Notes under the pieces: generated by a model
What the model was told of the DNA's origin: nothing
Seen by the model: the letters and a program-made list of their open reading frames with translations, nothing else
The model's database searches: none
Made by a program: the position numbers and the translations under genes
Source of the DNA: Minutocellus sp. GHC0000111
Lineage: Eukaryota
Reading direction: 5' to 3'
Length of the DNA stretch: 64,000 nucleotides
Assembly (NCBI GenBank): GCA_977018835.1
Contig: OZ361259.1
Location: 124,001 to 188,000 of the forward strand
Part shown: in pieces, positions 1 through 11,606 of the stretch
Position numbering within the stretch: position 1 is the stretch's first letter
Layout of the letters: the number at the start of each line of letters is the position of its first letter

Positions 1-285
1 GCCCGTGCCGGGAATGGCCACGTTGCGGAAGTTGTCGACGATGTCATCGCGATACGAACCCTTGCGGTAGTGCGGCTTGTTGTACAGATAGAACGCACTG
101 GCCAGGGTGAAGAAATGGATGCGCGCGTGCTGCTTGAAGAGGGACTGGTCGGGCGTGTCCTTCCCGTCGGCAGCGGACTCGTACGGCGTGGTGCGGCCCC
201 TGCCAAAGAGGTAGTGGAAGAGCCCACCGTAGAAGGTCGCCGTCGTCTTGGCCACCTTGAAGGGCAGGGAGATGAGGTTGCCCAT
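1..285 (-). CDS. Hypothetical protein, 5' part (runs off window start)
   Basis: Open frame from ATG at 285 (MGNLISLPFK...DNFRNVAIPGTG) to window edge, GC3-rich codons; MGxxxS could be an N-myristoylation motif. Confidence 0.7.
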   Translation of the reverse strand, partial: MGNLISLPFKVAKTTATFYGGLFHYLFGRGRTTPYESAADGKDTPDQSLFKQHARIHFFTLASAFYLYNKPHYRKGSYRDDIVDNFRNVAIPGTG

Positions 286-330
286 TTTTCTTTTTGATAT
301 TTTATGTGCTGGGAAAGGGTCCAGCAGGAG

Positions 331-396
331 GTGATACACGCCAGCGCAACAATCAGCAAGGAGGAATTGTGATACACCAACGCAACACTCAGCAAG
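331..396. repeat. Imperfect ~29-bp direct repeat (GTGATACAC...CGCAACA.TCAGCAAG x2)
   Basis: Copies at 331-360 and 369-396 upstream of the first gene. Confidence 0.8.
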
Positions 397-450
397 ACAT
401 CTGGCTGATGTGTCGTCCTTCTCTGCCTCACAAATTTTTGTGGCGGGGCA

Positions 451-474
451 AGGATAGGATAGGATAGGATAGGA
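451..474. repeat. (AGGAT)n microsatellite
   Basis: Four full units plus AGGA. Confidence 0.9.
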
Positions 475-720
475 CATCGCCACGTCACAAGCGAACCTCT
501 TGAACTGCGTTGCGAACCATCGCCATCCGTTGGTCGCGTCGATGGGTGACGACGACGTCTTGCCGTTTTTCGTTTTGCTTTCTCTGAATGTCTGTTCCAT
601 GCCATTCTCGCATATTCTTCGGGGAACAACGCATCTCTCCATTTATCGCACTATCTACTAGCATCTCAGTTTTAGCAAGGGCTTGGGTTCCTCTCTTATA
701 CAATACATACAATACACATC

Positions 721-1179
721 ATGGCACGATTCCAAACCATCCTCCTCGCGTTCGCGGCACTGGCCGGCCCCACCCTGGTGTCGGCCCTGGCGGGATACAA
801 CACGTACGGCACCAACGGACGGCAATGGTGGGACCAGAACGCGGCCGCCGAGACGCAGCCGCAGACGGGCGCCGGTCACTTCAAGACCCACACCGAAAAG
901 GCGCGGGATCGCATGCGCGAGGCGCAGGGCTTTACCAACTACGAGTACCGCTCGACCAGTACCGATGTCGAGGCCAAGCGCCGGTACAATGCCAACGTTG
1001 CCGCCCGGGCCAGCGTCGACAGCAGCCGGTGGTGGGACAACAGCGGGCAGGCCCAGACGGGACAGACGACCAATGGCTTTGTGTCCTACACGGATGAGCA
1101 GCGGGCCGCCCAGCAGCAGCGGATGATGGAGGAGGCCGCAAGGAGATTTCAGATGAAGAGGGAGCAGAGGGGTTACTAA
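721..1179 (+). CDS. Small secreted protein of unknown function with internal WWD repeat
   Basis: 152-aa ORF, signal peptide MARFQTILLAFAALAGPTLVSA; repeated motifs WWDQN/WWDNS and GFTNY/GFVSY. Confidence 0.75.
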   Translation: MARFQTILLAFAALAGPTLVSALAGYNTYGTNGRQWWDQNAAAETQPQTGAGHFKTHTEKARDRMREAQGFTNYEYRSTSTDVEAKRRYNANVAARASVDSSRWWDNSGQAQTGQTTNGFVSYTDEQRAAQQQRMMEEAARRFQMKREQRGY

Positions 1180-1697
1180 TTAATGGATTGATTGTTGGGA
1201 AATGCAAAGCAACATTGCAGCAAGATACATATTGTATATTCACAGAGGAAGAGAGGAATAAACGGAGTGGAATGGAGAAATTGTTGGTCTGTCTGCATGT
1301 GGTGCATGCAGCAGTGCGCTCATTCAGAGAGAAGAAGAAAAGCAAAGGAAAGAAAGAAGGAGGAAGGTCACATTTTCATGTAGGAATTGTGATCCTGATT
1401 CCTTCAGGAAACTTCACTTAAATTTATTAACAGCGCATCTATTTTGATACAGAAGAATGTCATGTCCCTCTTGTCTCGCTCTGGCTCTCTCTCTCTCGGC
1501 TGCCTTGAATTCATCGTCCAGCGAGCAAGTCAACGTTGCCCGTACTGCGTACTACTAGTAGCTAGTACCTAGGTACGTGGTACGTACCGTAGAAACTCTA
1601 CGTCGCGTCGGTGTAAACGGCATGGCATCGGCAGTTATATTGCAGTTCGACCACACACCTTTCGACTGGCAGAACGCAGGCAAGCCATCGACCAACA

Positions 1698-3137
1698 ATG
1701 GTGGAAGGGCCAGGGGCGACGCGCAACGGGCGCAAGGCTCAAGCGGCCGTCGGATGCAAGGTCGAGTCGTTGGCCTTGCCGTCCACATGCGATTTATCGA
1801 AATCCACCGCCCTCCAAGATACACTGCCTGGCTTGATTCTGTGCGAAGCTTTTTCGGTGGGCAAGGAAGTCTTTCTCATCTTCACTCCCGAATTCAACGG
1901 CGGCGACGATGACGACGATAATTCCAATAGTGATGGTTGTGCTGTGCCCAGAGACGAAGTCGCGGTGCGGCTTCACTTTGGTATGAACGGCTGCTTGTAC
2001 TGTGCCAAATCCATCAGCGTCCCACCATGGAAACAGAAGCAAGAGGCTACAATTCGCATGACGCTGATCAAGCCCAGAAGAACCACCACCATTCAGTGCG
2101 AGAATACAATCACCAACTTTTTCAATGGTGCAGTACCAACAGCATCGGCTGCACCTAGTAGCAATACTGCAAAGGGGGGGGATGACAGGATCATCTTGGA
2201 GGCACGGGAATCGACAGTGAGTGGTATCGTGTCGGCCAGGGCCGCAAGATCCAAGTTGAATCGTTTGGCATGCCAAGATTCGTGTAGCTTGTCGTTCGAT
2301 GCCAGGCGGGTCTTTGCAGTCCTTCGGGATGCCGGTACGACCAATCCATCGCTAATGATATTCGATGCGGTGCTCAATCAAGATTTGTATCCTGGAGTGG
2401 GCAATATAATCAAAGTCGAAGCTTTGCACAGAGCCAAGGTTGATCCAAGAAGGGCTGTATCGGCGCTTTCCGATGCCGAACTTCGACGGGTTGTGTTGCA
2501 TTGCCGCAAATACAGCATGGGATGGCTCGAACAGGGACGAGCTCCGACCAAAATGGTGTATAATCAGACAACTTGCGGTACATGCGAAAATATGTCGGTT
2601 TCGATGCAAAAGATGGGAGGTGGGCCGAAGACGAACGGATCAAATCATGGCTACACGAGCAGGACAACGTTCTGGTGCAGGTTATGCCAGCCGTGCAATG
2701 GAGCAAGTGGGTCTACATGTAATGCAGTGCGCAGCAGCAACAACAATGTGCAATCAGCTCCAGCTCCAGCTCCGCCATTCCCAGCAATTGCTTTGGCGTG
2801 CCCACAACATGGCGGCTGCCTCCTGAAGAGGGTGCGCAAATCAGATTCACCAAACCTGAGCCGAATTTTCCGTATATGCAAGGTTCGACAGTGCCAGTAC
2901 TTTGCCTGGGCGGATGGAGGCTTCCCACCCTGCCGGTGCGGGAGAAAGGCAATACTGCGAGTATCAAAGACGGAAAGGAGCGGCGGGCGCTGGTTTCTGT
3001 CGTGTGCCAAGGGAGATGCAGGTAGGCGGGGATCAAGTGCCAGCAATTCAGATGCTCATCATGGCTGTGGATTCTTTGAGTGGGCAAAGCCAGAAGTCTT
3101 GGCCCCCCTGGGTCCTGCTCTGACTCCTCTCTTGTAA
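1698..3137 (+). CDS. NEIL3: Endonuclease VIII-like DNA glycosylase with two GRF zinc fingers (NEIL3-like)
   Basis: N-terminal MVEGP, LHFGMNG, H2TH motif LNQDLYPGVGNIIKVEAL, CxxC...TFWCxxCQP finger, two C-terminal GRF-type fingers (CQYFAWAD; GRWFLSC...CGFFEW). Confidence 0.88.
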   Translation: MVEGPGATRNGRKAQAAVGCKVESLALPSTCDLSKSTALQDTLPGLILCEAFSVGKEVFLIFTPEFNGGDDDDDNSNSDGCAVPRDEVAVRLHFGMNGCLYCAKSISVPPWKQKQEATIRMTLIKPRRTTTIQCENTITNFFNGAVPTASAAPSSNTAKGGDDRIILEARESTVSGIVSARAARSKLNRLACQDSCSLSFDARRVFAVLRDAGTTNPSLMIFDAVLNQDLYPGVGNIIKVEALHRAKVDPRRAVSALSDAELRRVVLHCRKYSMGWLEQGRAPTKMVYNQTTCGTCENMSVSMQKMGGGPKTNGSNHGYTSRTTFWCRLCQPCNGASGSTCNAVRSSNNNVQSAPAPAPPFPAIALACPQHGGCLLKRVRKSDSPNLSRIFRICKVRQCQYFAWADGGFPPCRCGRKAILRVSKTERSGGRWFLSCAKGDAGRRGSSASNSDAHHGCGFFEWAKPEVLAPLGPALTPLL

Positions 3138-3454
3138 ACAACACTTGTGTCATACCAGTAAAGCATAGGGGGTGTCGCATGAGATTGTCTAAAGTTAGAT
3201 AGATCTAGACCTACATGGTGCAATGTACATTGTACAGTACATGTACATGTAGAGATTATGTCGATCTTGTAAAGGTCTATGTAGAACATTGTCATACATG
3301 TAGAGAGCGGATCTTGGCGGCGAGTTTTGGAGAGCAGATTACTCGGTCGGTTTTCTTGCATTGCTCTCGTCCTTGTGTTCATGGTTGGCGACGGACTGCA
3401 GGACAGACCAACTCGATTTGAATTCCCTCATTTTTCAAGCAAGTCAAGACGAAG

Positions 3455-5350
3455 ATGACGGTCACCGCAGCCAGCGCCTCCGCAGCCGGCGGCCCACCTC
3501 CGGCCAGTCTCCTCTCCATTCTCTCCTCTCCCTCCTCCGAATCAACCCTCCACAGGTCGCTGAAGGAATGGAACGACGAGATCGAGTCGACCAACTTTGG
3601 CCTTGCCTCTCTCGGTGGCGTTGCAGGAGGCAGGGGCGATGGAACAGCCGCCGACCTGCTGGCGCAGGTCCAACCGGCTTCGGAGGCGCTGCACGCGGTT
3701 CTGGTGGAGGAGATTTCGTCCCGTGCCGAGGTTCTGGCGTGCGGGTGTGGTCATTGTGGTGATGCGTGTGGTGTAACGGATGAAGATGGGCTGGATTGCA
3801 GCAGCAGTACTGCCGCTGACGACGAGCAAGATGTCGCTGCGCGAGCCGCCGCCAGCTCCATCCGAAGATACCGGCGCATGAGCGCGAATGCCAATGAGTC
3901 AACCGCACCCAACTCAGCTGAAGATTTGGCATATGTTAGTACTGCGCAAAAAACCTCAGAACTGTTGCGAGCCATCAAGAATGTCATCCGGTACACCAAC
4001 TCTGTGCGGATGATGCTTGGATTGGACCGCTTCGCTCGTGGTGGCGCTGGCGCTGATGACAAGGCGGTTGCCGATGATCCACTTCGGCGATTGCGCAGCG
4101 TGGGCATGCTGCGGGTGTATCAGGAGGTCCTTGTTGGGTGTACCTGTCCTGATGATGCTGCCGACAATACCAATGCCAATGCCAATGCCAGACCACGGGA
4201 CGATGCGGCGAGGAATGCCTCGCTCGCCATGTTCCACGCCTGCTACGGTGCGCCCGATGCCAACCCCGCCGCCACTCGGGCGCGCACGTTGCTCGTGGGG
4301 GAGGTGGGGTTCATCCCAGACCTGATGCATCTGCTTGGGAGAGGTGCAAGGGCAAACACCGATGAGCTTGCACTCCCACCGCCGCTATTGCTGAGCCTGA
4401 CGCGGCACGTTCACAGCTTTGTTGGCTGTGATCCCAAGGTCGTTCCCGCCATGGACAAGGCTTGCCAAGCCATTGGGGGTATTGATGATGGCGAGAGCAG
4501 TGTCAAATCGTTGGTATCGGTATTGGTCGACATCTTGTCAGCAACCGTTCTCGGTGGCGACGACATCACGCGATTCCCAGGTACCGAGACATGTGACCGT
4601 CGTCCCGATCTGGCTTCGGAAGTCCTGCGAATATTGTTTGCTCTCCGCGCGACAGGTGTCGTTCCTGACCCATCGTCTGTGTCGAAAGATCTCGATGATG
4701 CTGCCTCATCTGCCGTTGATTTTGATACCATGACCCGAATCGGAGAGATTGCATGCTGCATTCTGAAGCTTCCGCCCTCGGGTAGGTCTGTGTCGACCAA
4801 GCTGGCCGTGGTCAATCTGCTCATGGATGCACCCAAAGGATATGCTACTTATCTGCTCAACGAGGGTGCCATCCCATCTCTCCTTCTCATCATTCGATGC
4901 CAAGTTGACGACGTCATCGAGCGAAAAACAGGAAGTTTCAATGCCGATGCAGCGACCCTGGTTCCCATCGTTGCCGTTTTGGACAGACTCTCAGCCGACG
5001 ACAATGCTGTGCAGCAGCTCGTCAAGTCGGAGGTATTTCCACCCAACGAGGAGGAGGCCTACCAGACCAGAGCCGCACAGGAACGGGCCAAGGGCGGAGG
5101 AGGACGGGCCGGCCTCAACACCAAGAATATGCATCCGGCCCTGGAGGCTGCTCCGGGAACCCTTCGATAGAAGATGATACGGCTCATGACGTGGCCAGAA
5201 TCCAACGTCAAACGCTGCGCGTCCGAGCTGTTGTGGAGGTTGTGCGATTGCGATGCCACGGAATTCGTCCTTCGAGTTGGATTTGGCAATGCCGTCCACA
5301 TGCTGGGGATCAAGGGTCTCGTCCAAGTTCCCTCCTCGTCATTTGGCTGA
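3455..5350 (+). pseudogene. RIC8: Ric8/synembryn G-alpha GEF/chaperone with in-frame TAG at 5168-5170
   Basis: ORF stops at GTLR*, but the same frame continues KMIRLMTWPESNVKRCASELLWRLC...VGFGNAVHML..KGL to TGA 5348-5350, matching the Ric8 signature (TLRNKLVRLMT...VKRVAAEFLFVLC...GYGNAAGLL). Confidence 0.8.
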
Positions 5351-5647
5351 AGACATTTGCAGGGTAACGGAGTCATACTACGGCGCTCGTCCATAGCTAA
5401 GTAGCTAGGACTCCAAGGCCCACATAGTATAGCTACAGCATGCGATCGTAGTCCAAACACATTTAACATTCTCATCTCCTACATGTACACTGTAGCTCGA
5501 GTCTACTAGGCTTATTGTTTTATTGTACAAATGGTGATACTGGCGCTTCGGCCTTTAGGTTCAGTCGATGGAGTAATATATAATAGTCTGGTCAGATATT
5601 ATTATATACATGTAAAGGAATGAATCACTACTTGGGGACTGGGTGTG

Positions 5648-6400
5648 TCATGTCGAGATGCGGAGGTAGTTCATCGCCTCTTCTGCGTCTGCAAGGGCGG
5701 TGCGCAAGGCTCTCTCGTGGGCGATGCGGACAACGTTTGAATAATCGATGGCGAGCCTTGCGTTGTTCCTTGCAGCATTGTTGTCGTTGCCAACTTCGGT
5801 TGAACCAGCTTGTGGGTTGTTCACGTAGGCCATGGGATTGCTTTGGAGTACAAGGACAGCGTCTTTCACCGCTCTCTGCTCGTCTTGGAGCCTCTTCAAG
5901 ACTTCGCGGCTGGCCAAGTGCTCAAGACCTCGAGCGCATATTTCCATGTCATCAGCGTCGTTGGCGGAGAATCGCCTTCTGGAAGAGGAACTGCCAAGAA
6001 GTGACCTCGGTAGTCTATGGATTAGTCTGGCAGTCCTTCGCATGTCGGAACGAATCTCGGCGAAATCGTCATCCTAATTGTTGTGCGAGTTGAGTCGTTG
6101 TGCACAAACGAGGGGGCAGCACAAAGAGATGGAATTGGTCAGCGAATTGAAACGAAGGCGAAAAGCCACACGTTCAAATTAGAGACAACCATCACGCATA
6201 AGCAAGCACTTCAGCATTCCACTTACGGTATACCAAATTGCCGCTCTCTCTTCCTCAGACATGTCTCGGCGTGCGGTGACCCTGATCAAGGCGACGTCTT
6301 CATCGAAGCACAATTTCTTGGAGACCGCACCACGGCACAACGGAGTTGGGTCGCTTGCCCGGCGTGAGGGAGGAGACGACGGCTGCTTGTCGTCTATCAT
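5648..6400 (-). CDS. Diatom-type hypothetical protein, 2 exons (6400-6227, 6073-5648)
   Basis: GTAAGT donor at 6226 and TAG acceptor at 6074 join WYT|DDDFAEIRSDM in frame; CARGLE motif. Confidence 0.7.
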
Positions 6401-6719
6401 GATTAGGCAGAGGAGAAGAGGAAGGTGGATAGGCGAGGTGACTTGCAGTTTACAACCAATAGGCGAGGTTGCAGTTTACTACCGATGGGCACAGATAATG
6501 ACGAAAACAATGGATGATTCGATGAACGATGGCATTCTGCAATTCGTTGGCCACAGTCGCAATCACCTTGTCAGGTGCAAATTTCGAAGCAGCAGCAAGC
6601 TTGTGTTCCATGTTGTTGTGTCAGATGCGAATTTCAAAGCGTGCAGAAAGCTCTATGTAAATTCTGACATGATAATTGTAGATGATAAATTCATCTTATT
6701 GGAAATGATGCTCCGTGGG

Positions 6720-6801
6720 CATGATTTGGAATAAAGAGCATTATTGCCACGTCGCCGCCTCATGATTCGGAATAAAGAGCCTCATTGCCACGTCGCCGCC
6801 G
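6720..6801. repeat. 41-bp tandem duplication
   Basis: CATGATT[T/C]GGAATAAAGAGC...ATTGCCACGTCGCCGCC at 6720-6760 and 6761-6801. Confidence 0.85.
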
Positions 6802-6920
6802 CATGGGGCCGCATCTGTCTTTCTTTCCAAAGAGAGAGCAGTCAGTCATCCGCTGCGACTTTCGGCCTCTCTTTGCACTCCCGCTTTTGCATCCCGTTTT
6901 TTCAGGCTGCCTTGTGCCAT

Positions 6921-7000
6921 CGTATGTAGTATGTACATTCGTACATACGTACGTATGTACATAGGTCGTACGGTACATGTACTAGCTACGTACGTAGTAC
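6921..7000. repeat. GTAC/TACGTA-rich palindromic tract
   Basis: Contains perfect 20-bp palindrome GTACATACGTACGTATGTAC at 6941-6960 and overlapping shorter inverted repeats. Confidence 0.8.
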
Positions 7001-7101
7001 GGCAGACGCGACGAACAAGAATTTTTTGGGCTGACAATCGATCTGCTTACAAGTTGCATGCGAAGTAGATCTAAGCAATTGCCATCGACTAACTACGTAT
7101 C

Positions 7102-8025
7102 ATGTACACCTCATCGAAATCCATTGTCCATTCATCAATCGTATTCCTACTCTGCAACTCCAAGTTGGGATGCGTATCTTCCTTCTCTCCAATTCTGCCA
7201 TCGTCAACGCATGCATTCGCGAGCAGAACAGCAAAGCGTCCGAAGAACAAAAGAATCAATTCCGACAGTGACGTGGTGAAAAACCACCACATCGATACCC
7301 CCAAAATTAGACGCGACTATTGCCCCGCTAATGTAGCTCTCAACCTATCTGGAGGGGCAGTTGCGGCATCATCCTCTGCCGCCGCGACGATTCAGTTTGG
7401 TGGTCTCGGCCCTTTCTTTATGCTCCTGGCCGGTCTCAATTCGTTTTACATGTCGTATCCTTTGCTTTCCGCGGTAACAACCTGCAGTGTCAAGGGGTGT
7501 CTTGCCGACTGCATTGCACAGAGACGGAATAATGCCGCCGTTGAAGCCGGCAACGGCGACGACGAATCATCGTTGGCAGAAGCCAAATCATCAAACGAAC
7601 CAAAGTTTTCATTCCGCAGGAACGCCGCATATGTTCTTTATGGGGGTGGCGTCCTGGGGGTGTTTTCCGATTTGATGTTCAACTATGTTTATCCATTTCT
7701 TTTTGGAGGTCTGGGTGGAATCGTTCATTTGACTGCCATCGTTACTTTTGATAACATGGTTACCGCTCCACTGCTTTGGCTGCCGCCGGTCTATTGTGTC
7801 AAGGCGATTCTCTATGGCCAGTCACTCAAAAGTGGAATACAGAAATATTGCAACGACGTGAAGCAAAACGGATTACTCAAACAATATTGGACCGTGTGGT
7901 TCCCTGCGCAATTATTCAACTTTTCCCTGGTTCCGGCACATTTGAGAGTTGCATTCATGGCAGCAGTAAGCTTCTTTTGGATGATCATTCTGAGTTGCAT
8001 TTCTTCCAACAGCAAGAAGGCGTAA
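7102..8025 (+). CDS. Mpv17/PMP22 family membrane protein, possibly plastid-targeted
   Basis: KGCLADCIAQ, FDNMVTAPLLWLP, YWTVWFPAQLFNFSLVPAHLRVAF...SFFW motifs; signal peptide followed by VSSFSP. Confidence 0.85.
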   Translation: MYTSSKSIVHSSIVFLLCNSKLGCVSSFSPILPSSTHAFASRTAKRPKNKRINSDSDVVKNHHIDTPKIRRDYCPANVALNLSGGAVAASSSAAATIQFGGLGPFFMLLAGLNSFYMSYPLLSAVTTCSVKGCLADCIAQRRNNAAVEAGNGDDESSLAEAKSSNEPKFSFRRNAAYVLYGGGVLGVFSDLMFNYVYPFLFGGLGGIVHLTAIVTFDNMVTAPLLWLPPVYCVKAILYGQSLKSGIQKYCNDVKQNGLLKQYWTVWFPAQLFNFSLVPAHLRVAFMAAVSFFWMIILSCISSNSKKA

Positions 8026-8172
8026 TAATGAAGCATGAGCATTCTTGTATGTTGCAGATACAGCTATAAGGGGGTTGTGACTGTCAGAATGCGTGCACAT
8101 TGCACAAAACATGAAAGCATTGCAATTGTTACATGTATTGCTCGATCATCCTTATTCTACTACGTAACTTAG

Positions 8173-9252
8173 TTACTCGCTATGGCAAGGCAAGCATACG
8201 ATCTTACCAATGCACGAGCACTGAGATATCTTGTCGAGACCAGCCTGAAATTGGTCGAGAGGGAGAGTGCTATCCACAATGGTCTTGATCTTGCCCTCCC
8301 CAACGTACTGGACAGCCTCCTTGAGATCCCCAAGAGTTGCTCCGACCGATCCCACAACGAACTGCTCATACACAATCATGGGGATGGGATGGCATCGAAA
8401 GTCATGATCCTCTCCTGCGTGATATCCGACGAGAACAAGTCGTCCCCTCCTTCCGAGCGCGCCTACCCACCCGATGCAGGCGTCCATGGTCTCCCTCCTA
8501 CCGACGCACTCGAAGATGACGTCAACGCCCTCGCCATTGGTGTGATCCCGAACAGCGGCGGATACGGCCGCGCAATCGAGGGTCCCATCGACGGCAAAGT
8601 CAGCACCAAGCTCGATGGCCTTGTTTCGTTTGACCTCTGATCTGGCAACCACACCAACGTTGGCAATGCCATAAACATTCTTGAGCAGCTGCACCAAACC
8701 AAATCCAACGCCGTTGCACCCGTACACGAGGCAACTCTGCGTATCCGCCTTTTCCACTCTGCCCATCTTGGCGGCATGGACGGCCGTCGTCACGCCACAT
8801 CCAATGGGGGCAGCGTCGACCATGTCCAGAGTGTCCGGCAGGACGACGGCGTTCCGCGACGGGGTGACGATGTACCCCGCCAAGCCGCCGTCGGAGATGA
8901 ACCCATGCTCGGCCTTGAGGGACGGGCACAGCTGCTCCTCTCCCTGTTGGCACCAGCGGCAGGTCTCGGCCCCACATCCGACGTAGTAGTAGTTGACGAC
9001 ACGCTGTCCTAGGCGGTCCGGGCTGACGTTGGAGCCAACAGCCGTGATGATTCCGGCCGCCTCGTGACCCAACGTCATGGGCTTGACGCCCAGATCGAGA
9101 GTGCCGTCGGCAAAGTGCAGCTCAGTGTGGCAGAGGGCTGCCGCTTCCACCTTGACCAGCACGTCGTCGGCTCCGAGATCCTCTGACGATGGGATCGGCA
9201 CGGTTTCGAGAGTCAGCGGCACATTGGCGCCATGGTAGCGAACGGCTTGCAT
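8173..9252 (-). CDS. Zinc-dependent alcohol dehydrogenase (MDR superfamily)
   Basis: CHTE and LGHE catalytic Zn motifs, structural Cys cluster, GCNGVG Rossmann loop. Confidence 0.92.
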   Translation of the reverse strand: MQAVRYHGANVPLTLETVPIPSSEDLGADDVLVKVEAAALCHTELHFADGTLDLGVKPMTLGHEAAGIITAVGSNVSPDRLGQRVVNYYYVGCGAETCRWCQQGEEQLCPSLKAEHGFISDGGLAGYIVTPSRNAVVLPDTLDMVDAAPIGCGVTTAVHAAKMGRVEKADTQSCLVYGCNGVGFGLVQLLKNVYGIANVGVVARSEVKRNKAIELGADFAVDGTLDCAAVSAAVRDHTNGEGVDVIFECVGRRETMDACIGWVGALGRRGRLVLVGYHAGEDHDFRCHPIPMIVYEQFVVGSVGATLGDLKEAVQYVGEGKIKTIVDSTLPLDQFQAGLDKISQCSCIGKIVCLPCHSE

Positions 9253-9377
9253 GTTGAAAGAGTAGAACTACGGGTGGTTGATTTCTGTGATTTGCGTTGC
9301 GTGCTCGCGTTGAGTTGGCTCTCCGCAAAGCCTAAAAAGCTATGGGCTACTAGTATGGGCTATGGGCGAGTGACGTA

Positions 9378-9424
9378 CGAGGTCGCGGACAGCAGTTTCA
9401 GGGACCCGGTTTTCGGGTCTTTGG
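9378..9424 (+). repeat. Left TIR of copy 1
   Basis: CGAGGTCGCGGACAGCAGTTTCAGGGACCCGGTTTTCGGGTCTTTGG. Confidence 0.9.
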
Positions 9425-9960
9425 GCAAAATCTCATAAAAATCAGAACAAACGCACGCAGCAAGCAGCATTTATTTGCCATCGTCCTGTCTTCAAGATGG
9501 CGGTGACGGCAGTGCCGACGGCATCCGCTTCACGCAAGGGATAAGCGTGGTATCTCCAGAACGGCGGGTTGGTCCTTGACCTTGGACCGACTCGGAGATG
9601 TCGATTTCATCTTCCCATGCCAGTGTCTGGCCGATTCACCCCATCCATCGCCCCTCCCGACTTCTGCCAGTTTTTCCGATGACAACCGGTCACCTCCTCC
9701 ACCTCCCGACCCCACCACCACCTCCCAAATGCATTGATTCAAGTAGCCATATGGTTTGAGCTCCGATATCGGTCTCCATGGTCCCCATAATGGCGTATCT
9801 TATGCGGTCCGGGTGACCCCGCGCCAAAATCGAGCGGGCCAAAAAAATCATCACCCGCCCGGCGCGCCCGCCACTCAATGAAACCTTCCTCATTTCCAAC
9901 CCACCCGACATACAAACTGTTGCTCTACTGCCACAAAATACTGCATCCAACACCATATTA

Positions 9961-11606
9961 ATGCAAATGGCTGTTACTACTGCTGCCACCGCAGCTGATG
10001 CGCCAGCATGTCGCCGCTCCCGTCGGTCCGGCAGCTCTCCATCCCATGCTTTGATTATTTTGTCCATCGGAGCGGCACCATCGATGCCTCTACGATTCGT
10101 GGCAAGTCTCCTGGGATGATCCAGACCATAGCGAACCGGGCATGGGCGGGCCTCTCACTTCAGAAACAGCAGGATATTATGGAGCAAGCCCGAGAGGAGG
10201 AGCTGTGCTGTCCGAGCCAGACCGGTCCTGATCCGGCAGAAGATGTGCCGATTTCTCAAATTCAAATTGCTCGGCGCAATTCGTCATCCAATAACGCCAA
10301 TGCCAGCCCTGAGCCGACGGTCGAGGACAATGCTGGTATCGCTGCTCGTCCTGGTGATGACAACATCGAAGCTGGGGGCATCGCCGAGTCCATGGTGGTG
10401 GATGGAAGCGGCAACAGTGAAGAATCTGGCAATCCTGCCAGTGTCGGTGTTTCTGCTACCGGCACCGCCAATTCTGGTGGATCGACCGAGAAGAATTTGG
10501 ATGTGCTGCTGGTTGAGGCCGAAGCGCAATACAAAGCTGCAGAGGAGGCTTTGAAAGGGCTAAGGGACACCTTGAAACGAGAAAAGCGGAAGGATGAAAA
10601 GGCCATGGCCGATGCCGAGAAGAAAAGGAACAAAATGAAGGATGAGAACGGCAATTTACCGAATGGAAAGAAGCGAGTTCTCCTCGTGCATTACGATGAG
10701 AAATGGTTCTGGGGTCTCGTCCTCCGAGCTTTTGCGAAGGCTTGCGAGGAAATCGGCGTGAAAAAGCGAGATTACGCGGCCTTTCACAGGAGCCACATCA
10801 ACAAGGTCATGGCCATTGCATTTGTTGCCGCTGTCTTTGACGGTTCTCTTGAGAGTGGGTGCGAGGTTGTAAAACTGCCACTGGTACGAGCTCAAGCTCC
10901 TAAAATAGCGGAGCGAGCTCAGTGCGAAGCAGTATCACAACCTGATGGTTCAACACGGTACCCAAATACCAACCCCGATGGGACACCAAAGGAACCTCTT
11001 CGCCGGAAAGGAGAGTCGTTTCTTGTTGATTGTTGCGTTACTGGATCGAACGAAGGCACCAAAAAGGATCCGAAATGCTCTTTGCTCCTCGTATTCAAGG
11101 AGAATATTTTCCCAGCGATTCTCAACCTTGTCGGTCCGGGCAAGCAATACGAAGATTGCCATATTATTATCCAGGGCGACCAGGCCGGGCCTCACGAGGA
11201 CGGAACCTTCACGCAATTTGTTACTAACTTCTGTGCTGAGCAAGGCTGGACGTGGCAGCCACAGGCACCGCAGATGCCTCACGCCAACGTCCTTGACTTG
11301 AGCGTGTTCCCCGCGATGAGCCGGCGGCACTCGGAATGGGCACGAAAAATGGTAGGCACCTCCGTCATTTCCACCGACCAGATCTGGGACACTGCCGAGG
11401 ACGTTTACGATAGCATGCCTAACTGCAAAATTGCTTCGGCCTTCATTCAGTACTGGAGGATGATGGGCCTGGTGATTAAGGCCGGTGGTAGCAATGAGTT
11501 TGTTGGAAGGTTGGGTGACGAAAACTTGCACACTGGAATTAGGATCGACTTCAACGAAACGGCCAAGGGGATGGAGCCCTCAGCTCGTCATCCTTCTAAT
11601 AAATAG
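9961..11606 (+). pseudogene. Mariner-like DD38D transposase, copy 1, 2-bp insertion near 10035-10038
   Basis: GCAGCTCTCCATC versus GCAGCTCCATC in the other three copies shifts the MQMAVTT start out of frame; an alternative ATG at 10008 gives a 532-aa ORF retaining HYDEKWF, QGDQAGPH, PHANVLDL. Confidence 0.8.

Noticed and set aside
5168..5170. Genetic code reassignment of TAG
   Set aside because: TAG ends other genes at plausible positions (transposase, NFU)
6720..6801. CRISPR-like array
   Set aside because: Only two adjacent copies with no spacers, in eukaryotic DNA
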